A stretch of DNA of 64,000 bases from Amoebidium appalachense (Eukaryota; Protista; Ichthyosporea): contig CAVNZM010000014.1 of NCBI GenBank assembly GCA_963693365.1, positions 4,092,001 through 4,156,000 of the forward strand, written 5' to 3'. Under the pieces are notes generated by a model that did not search any database, was not told the DNA's origin, and was given only the letters and a program-made list of their open reading frames with translations. Shown piece after piece: positions 32,766-47,439 of this stretch; position 1 is the stretch's first letter, and each line of letters begins with the position of its first letter. The translations under genes and the position numbers were made by a program.

Positions 32766-35700
32766 ATTGCACGGCCGTTCCGCAGTGCTGCAAACACCCC
32801 CACACAGCACGTGCACGTGTGTGGCACAGACCGTAGTAGGCTCAACACTACAGTAATAGCTAATATGCTACCGGGTAGTTTGTATGCATGCACTGTCAGT
32901 ATCGCGGTGTGGCTAGAGTCTTGCTGCAACCTGCAGGCGGCTGATAATACTTGAAATCTAAGACTCGGACAGTGGTAGACCTGTTGGACCGAAGTTCGCT
33001 GTGTGGGCAGACTGAGTGCAGAATGGAAAAAGGTTGACGAAGTGATATTGTTGCAAGTGGCTGGGCTCCCATGTAAAGTTTAGAAGAGTGAAGTGACTCC
33101 CTGTGGCGGATCCCTATTTATATGCCGGCCGTCCTCATAAAAATGTTTTTCGGTGAGCCATGCTGCCTGTGAGGCTGTGACCATTGTGATGAGTCATGAA
33201 TCGTTCATGGGAAGGGATGACGTGACGTCACGTGCGTGCGAAGTGCAGACCTCGAGATAATGAGACTATCGCACACACCTGTGTACATGTATATGTCACA
33301 TATGGGTGGAAGCTTATGTAGTGTTTGACACGCTGTATAATATACTGGGCACTCGCTTGTACAGTAGCCACGTCGTTATAAGCCATTTTCTTTGCCGACT
33401 CTGGCAGGCACAGTGTGCCGCGGCCCTTGGTTGTCACATGGGCTGGGGCATCCCCCGAGGTTTGTGCCACGGTCGACCCTGGTTGGCTTAGAACGCATCG
33501 GCCGCGGGGCGGTGCGTCATCGCCACATCCACGCGTACACTGTTCACAGCGCTTGTGCCTGCAAAGGCCGGCGGCCCCGCACACTGCTGCCGCTAACTTC
33601 CCCGCGCAGGGTCGACGCAACAAGACCTCCTTATCTCCCGAGGGAGAAAAGGAGGCCTTGGCAGGACGTCACGATCGAGTGTCCAACGGAGTAGTTTTGG
33701 TGACCGGACCGGTGCCAGCCACGAATGGCACAGATCGATGGCATATGCATTGTGCTCCCCCCCTCCCCCTGCAACCCGCGTGACCCTGCCAGAGTCACTC
33801 CGACCTCAGGCCCTCCATAGCTCCACCCCGCACACTCGAGCTGTAAGACCGAGTTATTTTCGAAAAATCAGGTGCCTTGGGCTATCTGAAAGCATCGTGC
33901 AAAACACGTGGTACTGTTACCAATTGAGGCTGCAGCTGTTTTTATGTGGTCATAATCTCGGGGTCTGATCATGATGAAAGGCCCCTCGGATGAAATTTAG
34001 GTCTCTTGACCCGAACGTCATATTCTAAGGGAACCAAAAAACATTTATTTGTAGTCGATTCAGTTTCATCATTTTGTTTGACGGCCAGTGAAAGGATTGG
34101 CCATAAGGAGGGACACAGGACCTCACATAACTTAGTTGCCTGTCACGACTGGGGTCAGTTAGCCTGAATGGCTTTTAATCAGCCATTCCGTATGGTGATT
34201 AAGCTTAAGTTATGTCCTCAAGTTAATAGGGCTTTCCCCTCCCCCTCACACACGTACAGCTTCTTTTTCTTTTCCTTTTTTTGCTTGCATGCCATTTTAG
34301 GAGCAGGCCACCCTGAAATCAGCTGCAGGGTTGTAAATACAGCTACTTCTGCAAACCTTTGTTTCGAGCAATGTGTGTGTGTGTACAGGCGATCGAACAG
34401 TTCATGTTTATTTGATCGTGTTTTATTTATTGGCTTTTGGTTTGTAAGAAACACCTTCCTCTCTTTCGAAAAGGTATGAGGCACACTTGGGGGTAGGAAA
34501 TAGGCACATATTTACAGTTGCTGCACCGCAGTGAGGTGACGACGACTGCCTCGAGGGTCTCACAGGGAGCAAGGCCAGCTTTGCAGCGGTGAGGATGTAG
34601 TTCAGTTACCTGCTGCAGTTGTTCCAAACATAGAAGGTGGGTGCCTGTCCTTACACAAGGTCATAGATTCAAACCGATATACGCTCCTATAAAGTGCACA
34701 ATATTTGAACAACGCGCAGTGCAGATTGAAAAAAAAAAGTTGATGGCGTGCTGGTGAAATAAATAAAGCCAGGACCTCTCTACATGACCTGATAGTGTAT
34801 ACTTATGCACACGAACCACACAAAGGCAAAAAAAGTGGCCGTTACGGAGCAAGCGCTTGCACCGGGAGCTCCACCATATTGTAAGTCGGAATACATGTAC
34901 ATGCGAGCTGCGAACACTGGCTCGTTTCAAAGCTGTCTGGCAACGATTGTTTCCACAGAAAAAGAAGACAACTATTCCACAGAAAAAGGAGACTTTTATT
35001 CCAAGCGGCCAAACGCCCCACAACAACTACCGTGAAACACTGCAGCGCTTGCCCGAGTTGTCCAACTTATCTGTCCACAAAATGCTTCCATACCTTTATC
35101 CATTGTGAAACAAACAACAGAGAGTCAGCGGCCTCTACAGCGGCCGAGTGACCACGGCCATCTTGAGCAGCAGCTGTTCAAGATGGCCTGGACACAGCAG
35201 CCTCTACAGCGGCCCGGCCTGTGATCTGATCACTCGGTATGAGCATGCGTGAGCCAATCAACGTGGCGATCGCAATCGATCAGCATCAAAAATCTTCGGT
35301 TCGGGTCAGCCTGACTGTGAATCTGTCAAGCCCATGCAGCATCAAAAGCACAGTATATGTGGCAGTAGGTTGTTTAGCCTGAGTATTTTCGATGTCTCAA
35401 AATTATTTATTGCAGCACTTAGTGCGTATAGACGAAAAGGTATAGTCCTTCTATGATTCGTGAAGAAATTTGCCTGGGCTGGCCCGATCCGAAACGAGCA
35501 TGTCGGGCCACCGGCCCAGCACCCGATCCACGGCTGCGATTGGACCGTAACATAAGAGCTGGGAGCCAGCAGCCCAGTCTCACTTTGTAGCCGTTCGGAA
35601 ACGGAACACAAGTTGTCACTTGAAAGCTACAATAGCCTCTGGACACTTGCAAAGGCGACACTTGCAAAGGCAGGCTCAGGTGGAATACGAAACATCTAGG

Positions 35701-38058
35701 CCGACGCGAGAACTGACCTATAGACGAACGGCACAGCTACACCACTCCTGTACGTCGCACTTTCAACACTGACAGCAGCAAATGTGTTTGTGCCAGTAAT
35801 CTCACCCTGGCCTTTGTGCCCCCCAACATGTGTTGCTAATCTGCTTGGACGTCGACCCCCCTTGACGCGTGCTGCAGTCCCCCCTCAACCTAACTCTCAT
35901 ACAACTTACCGAGCGAGCGCAACCGAGAAGATGTTGACGGGCCTGGGCAGTGCCGTTGCGAACGCGGCTGGGATAGTGGCTGCTACGGGTGTGTTTGTCG
36001 TGGGTGTGCAGGGCAAGGCCAAGACAGCAAGGGCCCCGCAGCCAGCCGTGGGCTGTGCCCTGCAGTGCGCCCAGCAGCCCGCAAAGAACCGCGCCGCAGA
36101 GCTGGGCGTGGTGCTGACGCCCTGGCACCCGTCGTAGTCTGTTGGCTAGGACTTAATTCGCGCGTGTTCCTGCCCGCCAGCACCGAGGCCAAACTGCAGT
36201 GCAGCACAAGCCTAGTATGGAGGCAAGGAACGGGCCAGGCCTACAGAGTGGCCTGGGCTTGTGTCCTGATAGGTTAGGAGTGATGTATATAGTGGTCGTT
36301 TGTCTGAAAGGTACTAATATATAATAGTGTCGCTATGATCTGATGGGCAGAAACAAGGTGGCACCCGCTGCTTGTCTTAGAAATAGTCTTGTTGTGCACG
36401 GAAAGGTGGATCCCGCACCCTGCCACTGTGTGCCATTCTTCCTATTAAAATACCACGTATGTTGCCTTCTGCCACACAAGAATGACTCTTTCGAGTCATA
36501 ATAAACGTTTATAATCGATACTCAGCGGTCTCGGCCGCTCCACAAGCGTGCCTGGCTGCGCCTTTCTTTCTGGTATGCACACAGGCACGAGGGAGACACA
36601 TTGACGGGCAAGCCCAGGGCCTCGCGACTGCTTGCCCTGCAGTCACTTTACACCTGCTGCAGCACCTACTCTTCTCCTTTCCAAACTTGGTGTGTGTGTG
36701 TGTGTGTTCGAGCGAATGTATGTGCCGATGATCCCGGCAAAGTTGTGATGCAAAGTTGTGATGCATGCACTGTGACAATGACCTTTGAATATGTATCCGT
36801 AAATTCGCACAGTCAAAAAGTTTGAGGTGTGCATCAGCCTGAAATGACTTAAGTGCTCCTACGCGTGACGTGCCTGGGCGGCATGGTTTTCTGTACATGT
36901 GCCACTCCATCAATAATGTACATATGCTCGTGTGCAAGTCTGACGCAATGTTCGGATCCTCCGCACCTCTTTGAGCACGATAAACGGGGGAACATCGATA
37001 TCCCCGTCACGGTGCGCTTGCACGAGTGATGTATAAAATCAAGAAGGTGCACGCACGCGCGCACAAGCTTGATGCCTGTGCAGTTCCAGTCACTGTGCCA
37101 TTATGGCCGGCCTCAGTTTAAACATTATGCGTAACTCTCATGAAGGCAGTCTCACTAACCTTAGAATCCGAAAGCTCACACAACAGAGAGACCTAGGGAG
37201 AGAGAGGTCCAACAAAGCAATCAGTCTCGTGGTTGCACACATAACACATCTGCGTACACACAAATTCGCTGTATAACACGCAATAGTTGAGCGCACAGGC
37301 AACTGCAAACACTCTCCCAGTACAGGCATACGTGCATGCACACAGCGAACAAACGAACACAAAGTCAAAATGGGATGCGGAAAGACAATTGAATGAACAA
37401 TATGACCGTCGTGAAGCTTTATCTGCACGCACAAACAGGGCCTCTCTTGTGTTTGCCTGCCCCTCTCACACACCCACGTCGACACAACCCAACTGCAGCC
37501 CGGGCCCTGCACTCACATTCCCTTGATTGTCACCTGAATAGGTCTAACACGAGTTCGCATGCACACACACACCCCTGTTGACAGACGCGCACGTACCCAC
37601 GTGAACTTGAGCAGACAGCAGAGAGGCTTTGTTAAACTTTGCAATCTCAGCCCAGTGCATTGCCGCGTGACCAGCAGCCCATAACGGGAACCCAGGCACA
37701 AGCAAGCTTGTACGTGCACGCGAAGGAGAATGGACACCTCTACTATCCCCAGGGACACCGCGTGGCTGCTTCCAAGTCAGGCCACCCGTGGCTGTGCAGC
37801 CAGCTGTTCCTGTAAGCGTGCCGTGCAAAGTGGGCAATGCATGACACCGTGCATCTTGTCGGCTATATCCTCCCTGGGCATACTACTTCCCCCTGCACCG
37901 TGACGGGTGAATCGGACAGTGCACGCCCAGCCCACCAACCACACAGCCCACTAGCCTGTGATGGTGGAAGGGACCAATAAGCTGACTTGCCAACCCAACC
38001 CCATAATGGGCCTCATTCTGCAAACACGACGGTCTGCCAGCGTCTCCTATTGGACAGG

Positions 38059-38170
38059 TGATGCCAACACCCCGACATAGATGATGCCAACACCCCGACA
38101 TAGCTGATGCCAACACCCCGACATATATCTGATGCCAACACCCCGATATAATTGATGCCAACACCCCGAC
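38059..38170. repeat. About 22-25-bp tandem repeat, core TGATGCCAACACCCCGA, 5 copies, upstream of ATIC
   Basis: Direct inspection. Confidence 0.85.
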
Positions 38171-38719
38171 TGCACTATGAGAAACCCATTCACACCATCG
38201 CTAGCCACAACTTCCAAGCAAACACCGTAAGCAATCTAAACTTATACTGGGACGTCGACAGTCACCACAGTCCCTATGCTGATGACCAAGGCCCAACAGG
38301 TCAACGACACACGTACAGCCTCTATACAGGCCAACACATACTGCCATCACCCCCTTCAAATCAACCCATACTCACGGTCACCCTGGCAGTTGAGTGCACT
38401 TGGCCTCCTCCGCGTCCGCCTAGCAAACGTGTGCTGCGGACATATTCCCAGTCTGAGTCTGCGCCGCAGCATCCCACAGTGGAGCCTCAGGCTGGGCGGC
38501 TGCCAGGGCCGGCGGGGTTTGTTTATTGCAGCCATATATGGCAGGACCAGGAAGCCGATGATTGGTCCAGACTGGCGCCAATTCAAACAGACGGCCGCAC
38601 CATGCACGTGTTCGGCACCGGTGTTGCCGTGCACCGTACGCGTGCCACACAGGCACACACACACAGACACGTCCCCACCCACGTACGTTATATCTTCGGC
38701 GACCAGCCAGCCCAGCAAC

Positions 38720-40413
38720 ATGGCCACGCGCACAGGTGTGTTGTTGCTCCGCTGCCTGCCCGCATGCGTGTCTGTGCGTGCCCCATACTGACCGCGGGCC
38801 GCAGCACTTCTCAGCGTGTCGGACAAGACCGGCCTCCTCGACTTCGCGAAGAGGCTGCATGCCATCGGTGTCAGGGTGCGTGCCCCACCCCAGTACTGTG
38901 TGTGCCTGTGCGTGCCTGTGCGTGCCTGTGCGTGCGTGTGCGTGCCTGTACGTGCCTGGGCGTGTCTGTTTGCCTGGCAGGGAACACAGGCCATGCAGAC
39001 ACTGACTGTCTAACCTCCAGCTGGTGGCGTCTGGCGGCACTGCCTCTGCCCTGCGTGCTGAGGGCCTGCCCGTCAGGTTCGTGCAGACACATAGCTCACT
39101 GCGTGGCCAACAAGGCTGAGCGGTGCAGGAGTTGGTTAGGGCGGAGCTTGCAGTTGGGCGGGTTGGACACCCCCTGCAGGAGAAAGGGGGGAAGGGGGGG
39201 TGGGGTGAGGGGGGTTGGGGGGATGGGGAGTGAGGGGGAGAATGGTGAATCTGGAGTAGGTATAGGACTATGTCAAGGTGGTGTAACTATGCTCGTTTAG
39301 GAGATGGAGGTTGGGCGTTGGGTTCCTTGTGTAGGGACTGATGGGTTGTTGCAGGGATGTTGCCGAGATAACGGCTGCACCCGAGATGCTGGGTGGCCGT
39401 GTCAAGACCCTGCACCCGGCCGTGCATGGCGGTGCGTGCCACGCCCTGCCCCCATCCCTCCCCTTCCGCCTCTCCTCATTTTTAAATTTAATCAGTTGCT
39501 TGACGGCCTCCAGTAGGCCGGTTTTAAACTTCGTGTGTGTCGTGCTGACACCGGGCCCACAGGTATCCTGGCCACCACCTCGGACAGGGACAAGGCAGAT
39601 ATGACCGCTCGTGGGTGTGTACCCCCAAGGGAAAAGGGGGGGTAGGGGGGAGGGGGAGAGGGGGTGCTGAAACTGCTCATGGAGGGGGGAGGGCAGGGGG
39701 GGGGGTTTGACTGACGGGGGGTGCAGGTACGACTACATCGACGTGGTGGTGTGCAACCTCTATCCCTTCGAGCAGACTGTCGCAAAGCCGGACGTGACCA
39801 TTGCCGATGCAGTGGAGAACATTGATATTGGTGCGTAGGGGGAGGGAATGCCACGTGCTTTATTGAAAGAAGTTTTTTTTTATTTTCATTTTTTGGGGGG
39901 GGGGAGGGGGACTTGCTGAGTGAGGGGGGGGGGGGGGGGGGGGGGGGGCAGGGGTAATAACAGGTTGGTGTGCAGGTGGTGTGACCCTGCTGCGTGCGGC
40001 GGCCAAAAATCACTCCCGGGTGACGGTTGTGTGCGACCCCTCGGACTACGAGCTCGGTAAGTGATGGGTGTGTGTGTGTGGGTGCATGTTTGGTAGGTGA
40101 TGGGTGTGTGTAGGTGTGGTGGGTGGGTGGGTGGGTGTTTGTCATTGTGATCTAAGTGGGTACATGTGCGTTGATGGGGCCGCTGGCCAGGACGCGTGTT
40201 TGTGCATGCATTCACGTGCGTGGTGGATGCTGATTGGGCGGTGCAGTGGCCGAGCAGCTGGCAGCCAGCAGTGCAAAGGACACAGATGAGAGCCTGCGCC
40301 AGAAGCTGGCTGTCAAGGTGTGTGTGCGTGTGCGTGTGCGTGTGCGTGTGTATGTGCGCGTGTGCGTGTGTGTGTGTGTCTCTACGTGTGCCTGTGTGGT
40401 GTGGGTGTGTGGT

Positions 40414-40476
<63 letters not shown>

Positions 40477-41214
40477 GTGCGTGCGTGTGTGTGGTGGGTG
40501 TGTTACGGTTATCGACATGGGTGGTTGGTGTGCGGGTGTGTGGCATTTGGCCTGGGGATTTGCTGAGGTGCCACAAAGGGCGCGAGGGAGGGGGAGGGGA
40601 GGGAGAGCTGATGGTAGTCACTTGCTCGCTGGCTAGATGTAGGCAGGTGGGGGGCAATGTGTATGCATTTATCTGTAGTGTGTGTGTGTGTGTGTGAAGG
40701 TGCAACCCCGGGGGGAAGAAGAGGGAGGGAAGCAGAGAGGAAGGGGGGGATGTGTGGGGGGGGTTTGTGTTAGTGACTGAAGTGTGTCTGCAGGCGTTCA
40801 ACCACACTGCAGCCTACGATGATGCGATTGCAAACTACCTGCGCCGTACATACAACCACTCAGGCCACCAGGTGGGCACTGCACATGATCTGCACACGCA
40901 CACGATTCATATACACATGGGCATACACACACACTCACACACACATACACACACACGCACATACACACACACATGGGCATACACACACACATGGGCATAC
41001 ACACACACATGAGCATGCTCATGCACATACAAACACACACACATGGGCATACACATGTATACACGTGTACACACACACAAACACACACACACACACACAT
41101 ACACACACACATGGGCATGCACACGCGCATACACACACACACATGGCCATGCACACGTGCATATACACACACACATGGGCAAGCATACACACACGCACAT
41201 ACATACACACGTGC

Positions 41215-41267
<53 letters not shown>

Positions 41268-41300
41268 GGCATACACACACGCACATACATACACACGTGC

Positions 41301-41335
<35 letters not shown>

Positions 41336-41423
41336 GGCATACACACACGCACATACATACACACGTGCTTACACACACACACACACACATGGGCATACAC
41401 ACACGCACATACATACACACGTG

Positions 41424-41454
<31 letters not shown>

Positions 41455-41550
41455 GGGCATACACACACGCACATACATGCACACGTGCTTACACACACAC
41501 ACACACACACACACATGGGCATACACACACGCACATACATACACACGTGC

Positions 41551-41585
<35 letters not shown>

Positions 41586-41618
41586 GGCATACACACACGC
41601 ACATACATACACACGTGC

Positions 41619-41665
<47 letters not shown>

Positions 41666-42526
41666 GGCAAACACACACAAGGGCATTCTGCCTCCTGCAC
41701 GTGCACGAACACACTATGGCCATAAGTACACTCTCGGACACACTCGACCACACAGGCACTGGCAACTGCACGAACATTGTGTGCCACTTTGCAGGACACA
41801 CATGTGCACACAAACGGCTACTCGTACATGCACATCGCATGACCACACATGCGCATGTAGTCTGCTCGTGGCCACATACACCTGTAGTCTGCTCGTGACC
41901 ACACACACACACACACACATACACACAATAGTCTCACGTGACACACACACACACACACGTACACACAATAGTCTCACGTGACACACACACACACACACAC
42001 ATAGCCTGCACGTGAGCACACACCCATGCACACACCTTGTCACGGTGCTGACTGGGGCTGCAGATGAGCCTCCGCTACGGCATGAACCCCCACCAGAAGC
42101 CGGCCCAGATCTACTCTGGCGACAAACCCCTGCCTATCAAGGGTATGTGCATGCTTGTGCCGTGTGTGTGTGTGTGTGTGTAAGTTTCTGTGTGTGTGCA
42201 TGTGCCATGTGTGTGTGCATGGGGGGGGGGGGGGGGGATTGGCCCTGCTTGTGCACGTGTGGTCCCCACTGTGTGCTGACATGACATTGTAGTGCTGTGC
42301 GGGTCACCTGGTTTCATCAACTTTCTGGATGCCCTCAACGGCTACCAGCTGGTGCGTGAGCTGACGGCTGCCACGGGCCTGCCTGCTGCCGCCTCCTTCA
42401 AACACGTCTCCCCGGCCGGCGCAGCTGTGGCGTCAGTGCCCGCCCCCCCCCCCCCCCTCCCCCCCCCCCCCCCCCCCTCAACCATCCATCCCCCCCCCCC
42501 CCCCCCCCCTCTCCCTCCCCCTCCTG

Positions 42527-42580
<54 letters not shown>

Positions 42581-42912
42581 CCCCGTTTTTAAGTACACTC
42601 CAGTCCCGTTTTCTCCTACCCTAGCAAGGTTGTGTTGTTCAAACAGTGTTTTGCTTCCTATCTGGCGAGTCTGGTGCCATTGGCCCCCAGAGACCAGGGC
42701 CTGTTGGTGTGTGGCCCTTTGGGCCATAGGGATGGGGTGTGACCTGATTGGCTGCAGGGCTGAGCTGAGTGAGACGGACATGAAGCTGTGCCAGGTGGAC
42801 GACCTGGGTGTGCCCCTGACCCCCATGGCCATGGCATATGCTCGTGCACGCGGTAATGCCCCCCCCCCGCCCCCTCCCCCCTCCCCCCACTCTCCCCTCC
42901 TCCTCCTCCTTC

Positions 42913-42947
<35 letters not shown>

Positions 42948-44259
42948 ACCCCACCCCGCCCTTCCACGTCCACCCTCCCCGACCTCTCCCCCCCATCCAT
43001 GCACCCTGTGATTTGCATTGGGGCTAACAGGGGGGTGCAGGTGCCGACCGCATGTCTTCGTTTGGGGACTGGATCTGCCTGTCGGGCGAGTGTGACCTGG
43101 CCACGGCCAAGATCATCTCCCGCGAGGTAATTACTAACCCTGGGTGGGGTTGGGGCCCAGGGTCATATGGGGTTAAAAGGCTGGCATAGTGCAGAGAGCC
43201 GGCCATCGCACACAGACAGTAGCACTGCCGCAGAACATATGCTTGTGCCCACACGCACATGCACACTCACTCACACATACGCACACACACAGCACATGCA
43301 CACACCCAGGCACACACATACCCCCAGACAGCACACACTCACACACATATACATACACACACACACACACACAGTACATGGCCCACCACCTACACTTATT
43401 TGCTGCGTACTCTTTTTCTCCTATCCCATATACTTTCTTAAATATTTCTCTACCTTTCATTTTCTCTTCTGTTACACATATTAATTCCCACGGCCATAAC
43501 CCCTGTGCCTGTGCAGGTGTCGGACGGCATTGTTGCGCCCAGCTACAGTGCGGAGGCATTGGAAGTTTTGCGCAAAAAGAAGGGCGGCAAGTACACGGTG
43601 CTGCAGGTCGACCCTGCCTATGTGCCCCCCCAAATGGAGCGCAGACAGGTCTTCGGCCTGACCCTCGAGCAGCTCAAGAACAACCACGGTGCGTGCACGT
43701 GCATGGCATACACATACACGTGCATGGCATACACATACACGTGCATGGCATACACATATACGTGCATATTAGACACATACACGTGCATGGCATACACATG
43801 CACGTGCATGGCATACACATACACGTGCATGGCATACACATACACGTGCATGGCATACACATACACGTGCATGGCATACACATACACGTGCATATTAGAC
43901 ACATAATCATGCACCACACACACGTGCATGTTGCATAACACACACACACGTGCACCCCACAGACGGACGTGCATCACACACACAATACACACGACTGCAC
44001 CTTGCCTGTGCTCACACAGGCACGTCGTCCACACACCCTCATACATATGCACCACCCCCAAACATAGACGTGTGCCACACACACCCTGGGCGCTCTAGAC
44101 ATGAATTTGTCATGGCCCTGCCTGTTGCCGTGCATGGGCACAGGCATGCATGGGTGTGCTGCCTGCGAGGTCTAACTGTGGGGTTTTGGTGCAGAGGTCA
44201 CGGCAGCAGACTTCAGCAACGTGGTGTCGGCAAACAAGGAGGTGGGTGGGTGGGTGTGT

Positions 44260-44290
<31 letters not shown>

Positions 44291-44837
44291 GGGGGGGGGG
44301 GGTAAGAATGTGTTGTAATACAGTACGGATTACACATTCACAACACAACGTGAAGCAGATTTAGCAATGGACACATAAAGAGTGTGCATCATAAGCAGAG
44401 CCCATTCTCAGTGGCCCCAAGTCATTTACGGTATTAGAGTTTCGACCCATTCACCCTTTGGAGGGGGGGGGGGGGGGGGGTATGGCTATGTATGGGCATG
44501 CATGCTGACTGACTGTCGTTGCAGCTGCCGGCCAATGCGCTGCGTGACCTGACTGTGGCCACCATCACCCTCAAGTACACACAGAGCAACTCAGGTGCGT
44601 GCACACAACAGGGGGAGGGGAGGGGGGGGGGGGGGGGGGGTATTTAGGGGAGTGCACGCTGACATTGGTGCTGCAGTGTGCTACGCCAAGGACGGACAGG
44701 TGATTGGCCTGGGTGCTGGCCAGCAGTCCCGCATCCACTGCACACGCCTGGCTGGGGAGAAGGCCGACAACTGGTACCTCCCCCCCCCCCCCCCCCCCCC
44801 CCCCCCACCACCACCACCACGACCACCACTACACACA

Positions 44838-44873
<36 letters not shown>

Positions 44874-46110
44874 ACCACTACCTCCCCCCCCACATCACTG
44901 TTTTTCGTGCCATGCCCCTCCCTCTCTCCCTTTTGCAATTGTGTGAGTGTGCGTGTGTGTTTCTGCGCGTGGCTGTGCGCGTCCGTGTGTGCATGCGTTT
45001 CTTCCTTGTTGTATGCATGCTCCTGTCTGCGCAGGTGTGTGGGTGTACGTGTCTGCCTGCACGCACGTGTGCACGGGCGCATTTATATTTGTGTCGTGTG
45101 CACAGGTGCATTTATATTTGTGTGGCGTGTGCACAGGTGCATTTGTATTTGTGACGGATGATGGAGCAGCAGACATGCAAGGATCAGGGTAGGCTGACAG
45201 GGGGTACAGGTGGCTGCGGCAGCACCCGCGTGTGCTGGGCATGAAGTTCAAGGCCGGGGTCAAGCGTGCTGACAAGAGCAACTTGATCGATGTCTTTGTG
45301 CGCAGCACCGTCGGTGTGGTGTGTATGCCCTCTCCTCTTGCACACACACTTTTGTGGCTGCATGTAGAGGCACTAACATCAATTACTAGGACATGGACCG
45401 TGCGTCGTGGGAGGCCTGTTTCGAGGAGGTGCCTGCGGCCCTGACCGAGGACGAGCGCATGCAGTGGCTGGCCCAGCTCAAGGGTGTGGCCCTGAGGTAT
45501 GTGCGCCATGGGGCAGCATGCATGCAGGCACACTTGGGCGGTTATGGGCACGGAGCACTTTTTACGTTTATTTGTGCAGACATGATGGCGTTCATGCACG
45601 GGATGGGCGAACACCATGGCAGATAGGCACGGGCACTTAATTCCCAGTCACATGCGGGACATGACTCAGCTGTGCACCAGCCCACACATTGGGTCACGTG
45701 ATTTGAATGTTTTTAACGCTTTGCAGGCCAATAGTATGCACATGCCTGCACGGGCACACACGCGCACTGGGGCACACGTGAAGACACACATGTGGCCATG
45801 CCCAGCACCAGGCAGGCACACACAGGCATGGGGCATATTGGTTGTATGCACATACTATCAGGAGCGTGCATGGGGTGAGAATGAGGGAAAGGAGTGCCGT
45901 GCTGTGTGTGGCCTGCCTGGGTGCTCACACGTTGGTTGCAGCTCGGATGCATTCTTCCCGTTCCGGGACAACATCGACCGTGCGGTGCTGTCGGGCGTGC
46001 AGTATGTGGCCAGCCCGTCAGGGTCTGTGCAGGACGACATCGTCATTGCCGCATGCAACGACCACAACATGACCCTGTCCCACACCACCACCCGCCTGTT
46101 CCACCACTAG
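38720..46110 (+). CDS. ATIC: Bifunctional AICAR transformylase / IMP cyclohydrolase (about 20 exons)
   Basis: [140 protein letters not shown]-stop, all in order on GT-AG exons. Confidence 0.97.
41170..41670. repeat. Compound intronic minisatellite (ATGGGCATACACACACGCACATACATACACACGTGCTT + variable (AC)n), about 8 copies
   Basis: Direct inspection, ATIC intron 9. Confidence 0.85.
43695..43900. repeat. 21-bp intronic minisatellite (ACGTGCATGGCATACACATAC)n
   Basis: Direct inspection, ATIC intron after exon 14. Confidence 0.85.
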
Positions 46111-46586
46111 CCGCCCAACAGTTGGGGGCCCTGGGCCCTGCATACAGGATAATGGCACCCCTATCAAGAGACAGGCACACTTCTAATAAGACCATGTAGG
46201 GAAGTAAGGCACGTGAAAAGCACCTGAAAGCCCTTGATCTTGTGCAATATGCATTCCGCTACACACATCAACACACACACACACACATCCCATACAGGAG
46301 TGCTCGGCCTTGTGGTGTGGTGGGTGGGGTGCAGGCCTATGGGCCATGGCCCTATCTGGGTACCTGGTGTGCCCGGGCAAAGTGAATAATAAGCCTGCAT
46401 GTGCTGGGCACGTGCACACCAACAAATACAGTGTTGCTGCCTGCCAGACTTCCATAAATGCCCGGGTTACCCCTGGCCAGTTGGTGCTGCACCTGTAGCT
46501 GCAAAAAAAAGACATCCAACTGGTGGCTTCAGGCATTCAATAGGAGGCCTGAGTCGCCATATCATTTCAACCACCGTAGAGTACAG

Positions 46587-46620
<34 letters not shown>

Positions 46621-46787
46621 CCGTTCGTAATCTTGGGTGACGTCACCACAGTTTGGATGCATGGGTCAGCGCGCTGTAGACTACGGCCCACTGAGGTGCA
46701 GTCACTTCTCGCTGGTGGTTTTCGCAGCCAGGCCTTCGTTCTCTCCGTTGCGTGTGCGCTATGCTGACTGTTTGTTTGGAGGGCAAC

Positions 46788-47042
46788 ATGGCTTTGAGGG
46801 GTGTGCTGCTGCGGCCTGTGCGGCTGCCCTCTACCCTGTGTGCGCGTCTGCTGTGCGACAAGCCGTTCTCGTTCACGTCCAGCTACCTGCAGACAGACAC
46901 GGCACGCACGGGCAGCCATAGGCAGGTGCTGTCCAGCCGCCAGCTGCAGCAGAGGGAGCAGAGGGCCCACGGCGCACTGAGGGCCGCACGCGACTACCTG
47001 GCGAAGAAGCGCCTAAGGGAGATGGAGGGCGCGGACAAATAG
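46788..47042 (+). CDS. Small (84 aa) hypothetical protein with mitochondrial-presequence-like N-terminus
   Basis: MALRGVLLRPVRLPSTLCARLLC is Arg/Leu-rich and acid-free; host-like GC3-rich codons; CAACATGG start context as in ATIC; CRE at 46638-46645 upstream. Confidence 0.5.
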   Translation: MALRGVLLRPVRLPSTLCARLLCDKPFSFTSSYLQTDTARTGSHRQVLSSRQLQQREQRAHGALRAARDYLAKKRLREMEGADK

Positions 47043-47407
47043 CGCAACACAACGTGTGGATCAAGCACAAACCAGTCGTGGGCCAAAGGGAGAATGCGGC
47101 AGGCGCTTACGGGTGGCAGAAGGCTTCAGGCTTGCTGTGGGCCGCAGGGACACCACTTATACTGGGGTGCCGCCAACAACCACTGTATGACTCTGTTCTG
47201 CACAGTAGTGGGTTGGGGAGGGGTGAAAAGGCATGGGCACACACACTCTTGCCCGTGACGTGCTGCTCGCACGACGTCTGCACAGTGTCCATGTAGGGAT
47301 GCAAGCACTGAGGTACGCCCTGTTACCGACCTGCGCGTGTTGGTTTTCGCAGTTTTAGTGGCATGACATTGTACATAGATGTGTTTCCCAGTGTACATAG
47401 ATGTGCT

Positions 47408-47439
<32 letters not shown>

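Noticed and set aside
38059-38170. Repeat with short variable gaps resembling a mini-CRISPR
   Set aside because: The gaps are only 4-8 nt and similar to one another; this is an ordinary minisatellite.
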